The notes under the pieces: generated by a model
The model's database searches: none
The model's input: the letters and a program-made list of their open reading frames with translations, nothing else
Told to the model about the DNA's origin: nothing
Program-made: the position numbers and the translations under genes
Shown here: positions 62,627 to 64,000 of the stretch, piece after piece
Position numbering within the stretch: the first letter of the stretch is position 1
How the letters are laid out: the number at the start of each line of letters is the position of its first letter
From: a virus
Lineage: Duplodnaviria > Caudoviricetes
DNA length: 64,000 nucleotides
Reading direction: 5' to 3' (one strand)
Virus record (IMG/VR): IMGVR_UViG_3300025018_000003
Location: 26,707-90,706 of that record

Positions 62627-64000
62627 TGCATCACATTGTCCAGGAGATCGACATCAACCGGGACAATCTGAGGCTCGAACTTGAGATTGTCTCTGATGGT
62701 GAAACCGTCTATGACGGGCCAGGGAATTCGTTCACTTCGAACTTCCTGGCCGCGTTGTATTCGTTCATGAGCGGTGAACCACCTAAGACTCTCTACGGAG
62801 GATTCAGCACCAGCGACGACAACGATCTCTGGCGCACCCACAATCCCGTTGTCCCGGTTTCTTTCATGCGGGTAGAGGATCCTCCTGCCTCAGGGACTTA
62901 CTTCACTCAGTTGGTTGGAGACGACCCCAACATTTGGACGGACGGAACAAACCTGTACATCGGAGGCATCTCTCCCCTTGCTGCTGGCGGGGGGATTGCT
63001 GGAAGAGTTGTGAGCATCCAAGAGACTTCCTCTGGATCAGGACTCTGGAGGCTGTACGACATCAACGCTGGGGGTTGGGTTGATGTGGCAGACATCGCAT
63101 CCATCGACTACACGACGTACTACCCCTATGCGATGAAGACGGACCTGATGAATGGGGCAGACCGGACTGACTCTTCCACCTTCGGAATACCTCTAATCAG
63201 CATCGGATATGATAGCACTCCGAATACCTACAACCAGGGATATCTGGGAGCGGAGATTCCTATCGTCTCAGGAGGGACGTCCGCAGGTACAGTGAGTGTG
63301 GGTGCGGTCACAATCTCCACCCCGACTGTTGGTAGTGGCCAGTCCATCATCGAGATCGAGCAGATCTTCACCAACAGAAGCTCGACGAAGGCCATCACGG
63401 TCAACGAGGTTGGTCTGTGGATGAAGTGGTCTGGTGAGCTTAACAACAATCGAGATTTCGTATTGATGGCCAGGGATGTCATCACTCCGTTCAACCTGTC
63501 GGCTTCCGGCACCCTGACAGTCAAGTACCGCATCATTGTGGCGGTTGACTTCGCAGGTGGGTCAGGAGGATTCCTGGCTGCCTTCAACGAGATCCTGTAC
63601 CGCCACATCGCGCAGACCACGCGTGAAGCCAAGGACATCTTCAACAACAACTACACCAGGGATCCGTCGGATGGGCACTTCATGGTGGCTGGTGCCGGAG
63701 GAGAAAATCAGTGGTCGACTGGCTACGGAGTGCTGGCCAACCAGTACCTGGGACCTCAAATCGGTCACTCCACGAAGAACGTAGCCAACACGGACTTCCG
63801 TCTGCAGTATCAGGCCGGAGACACTGTCTACGATGGCTCAGTGGCCGTTGAAGCTCAGGACTCCCGGTATGCTCATGGACGAGACAACTACCAAGTACAA
63901 TGCTTTGGACCATTGGTGCATGGGTGGATCGTATCCGACGGTGGTGGATCGCCCTACGCGCAGTTCCAAGTGGACAACATCTTCCACAACCTGGCGGCGA
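62626..64000 (+). CDS. Tail-collar/fibre-like protein B2 (paralog of 60971), 3'-truncated by the window
   Basis: Absent from the ORF track. Hand translation is open from ATG 62626 to the edge: MHHIVQE...NSFTSNFL...ITVNEVGLW...LMARD...GGFLAAFNEILYRHI. Confidence 0.8.
   Translation, partial: MHHIVQEIDINRDNLRLELEIVSDGETVYDGPGNSFTSNFLAALYSFMSGEPPKTLYGGFSTSDDNDLWRTHNPVVPVSFMRVEDPPASGTYFTQLVGDDPNIWTDGTNLYIGGISPLAAGGGIAGRVVSIQETSSGSGLWRLYDINAGGWVDVADIASIDYTTYYPYAMKTDLMNGADRTDSSTFGIPLISIGYDSTPNTYNQGYLGAEIPIVSGGTSAGTVSVGAVTISTPTVGSGQSIIEIEQIFTNRSSTKAITVNEVGLWMKWSGELNNNRDFVLMARDVITPFNLSASGTLTVKYRIIVAVDFAGGSGGFLAAFNEILYRHIAQTTREAKDIFNNNYTRDPSDGHFMVAGAGGENQWSTGYGVLANQYLGPQIGHSTKNVANTDFRLQYQAGDTVYDGSVAVEAQDSRYAHGRDNYQVQCFGPLVHGWIVSDGGGSPYAQFQVDNIFHNLAA

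Noticed and set aside
1-64000. Genome-wide stop-codon reassignment (known in some crAss-like phages)
   Set aside because: Core genes are intact in code 11 and end in TAG (MCP, 44612, 36453), TGA and TAA. No suppressor anticodon (CTA/TCA) is present.
1-64000. CRISPR array, integrase, transposase, intein, homing endonuclease, DGR reverse transcriptase
   Set aside because: No regularly spaced repeats or corresponding motifs were seen. TerL, PolB, RNR and helicases are of uninterrupted length.

Overview
This window is about 64 kb of a tailed dsDNA phage genome with Crassvirales (crAss-like) organisation. GC is unusually high for that group, roughly 55-60% by eye on sampled lines. It uses the standard genetic code: TAA, TAG and TGA all terminate genes. 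Layout: (i) 3-869, the C-terminus of a large plus-strand virion-type protein ending at a convergent terminator. (ii) About 966-31052, a minus-strand block covering nucleotide metabolism (macrodomain, phosphoesterase, class II RNR, dUTPase, UDG), rIIA/rIIB, and replication (PD-(D/E)XK nuclease, RusA-like protein, primase, AAA ATPase, DnaB-like helicase, SF2 helicase, PolB). It ends in an RNA-rich accessory island with a tmRNA, four tRNA or tRNA-like genes, several structured non-coding segments and many micro-ORFs. (iii) A divergent switch at about 31050-31570. (iv) A plus-strand morphogenesis block with HU/IHF, TerL, portal, scaffold, MCP, ring/tail proteins, lysis-like genes and paralogous tail-fibre-like genes running off the right edge. 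The most notable observations are five. First, a roughly 440-nt, GNRA-rich, pseudoknotted structured RNA candidate on the plus strand (26635-27076), antisense to its neighbours, whose 5' domain looks 6S-like and encloses a 19-aa Lys/Gly micro-ORF. Second, a roughly 75-85-aa module grafted into five different structural proteins. Third, two tRNA genes with insertions in the anticodon loop. Fourth, a tmRNA whose proteolysis tag is lengthened. Fifth, a bipartite palindromic motif in front of two late-gene starts. All functional calls come from motif recognition by eye; no searches or folding programs were run.
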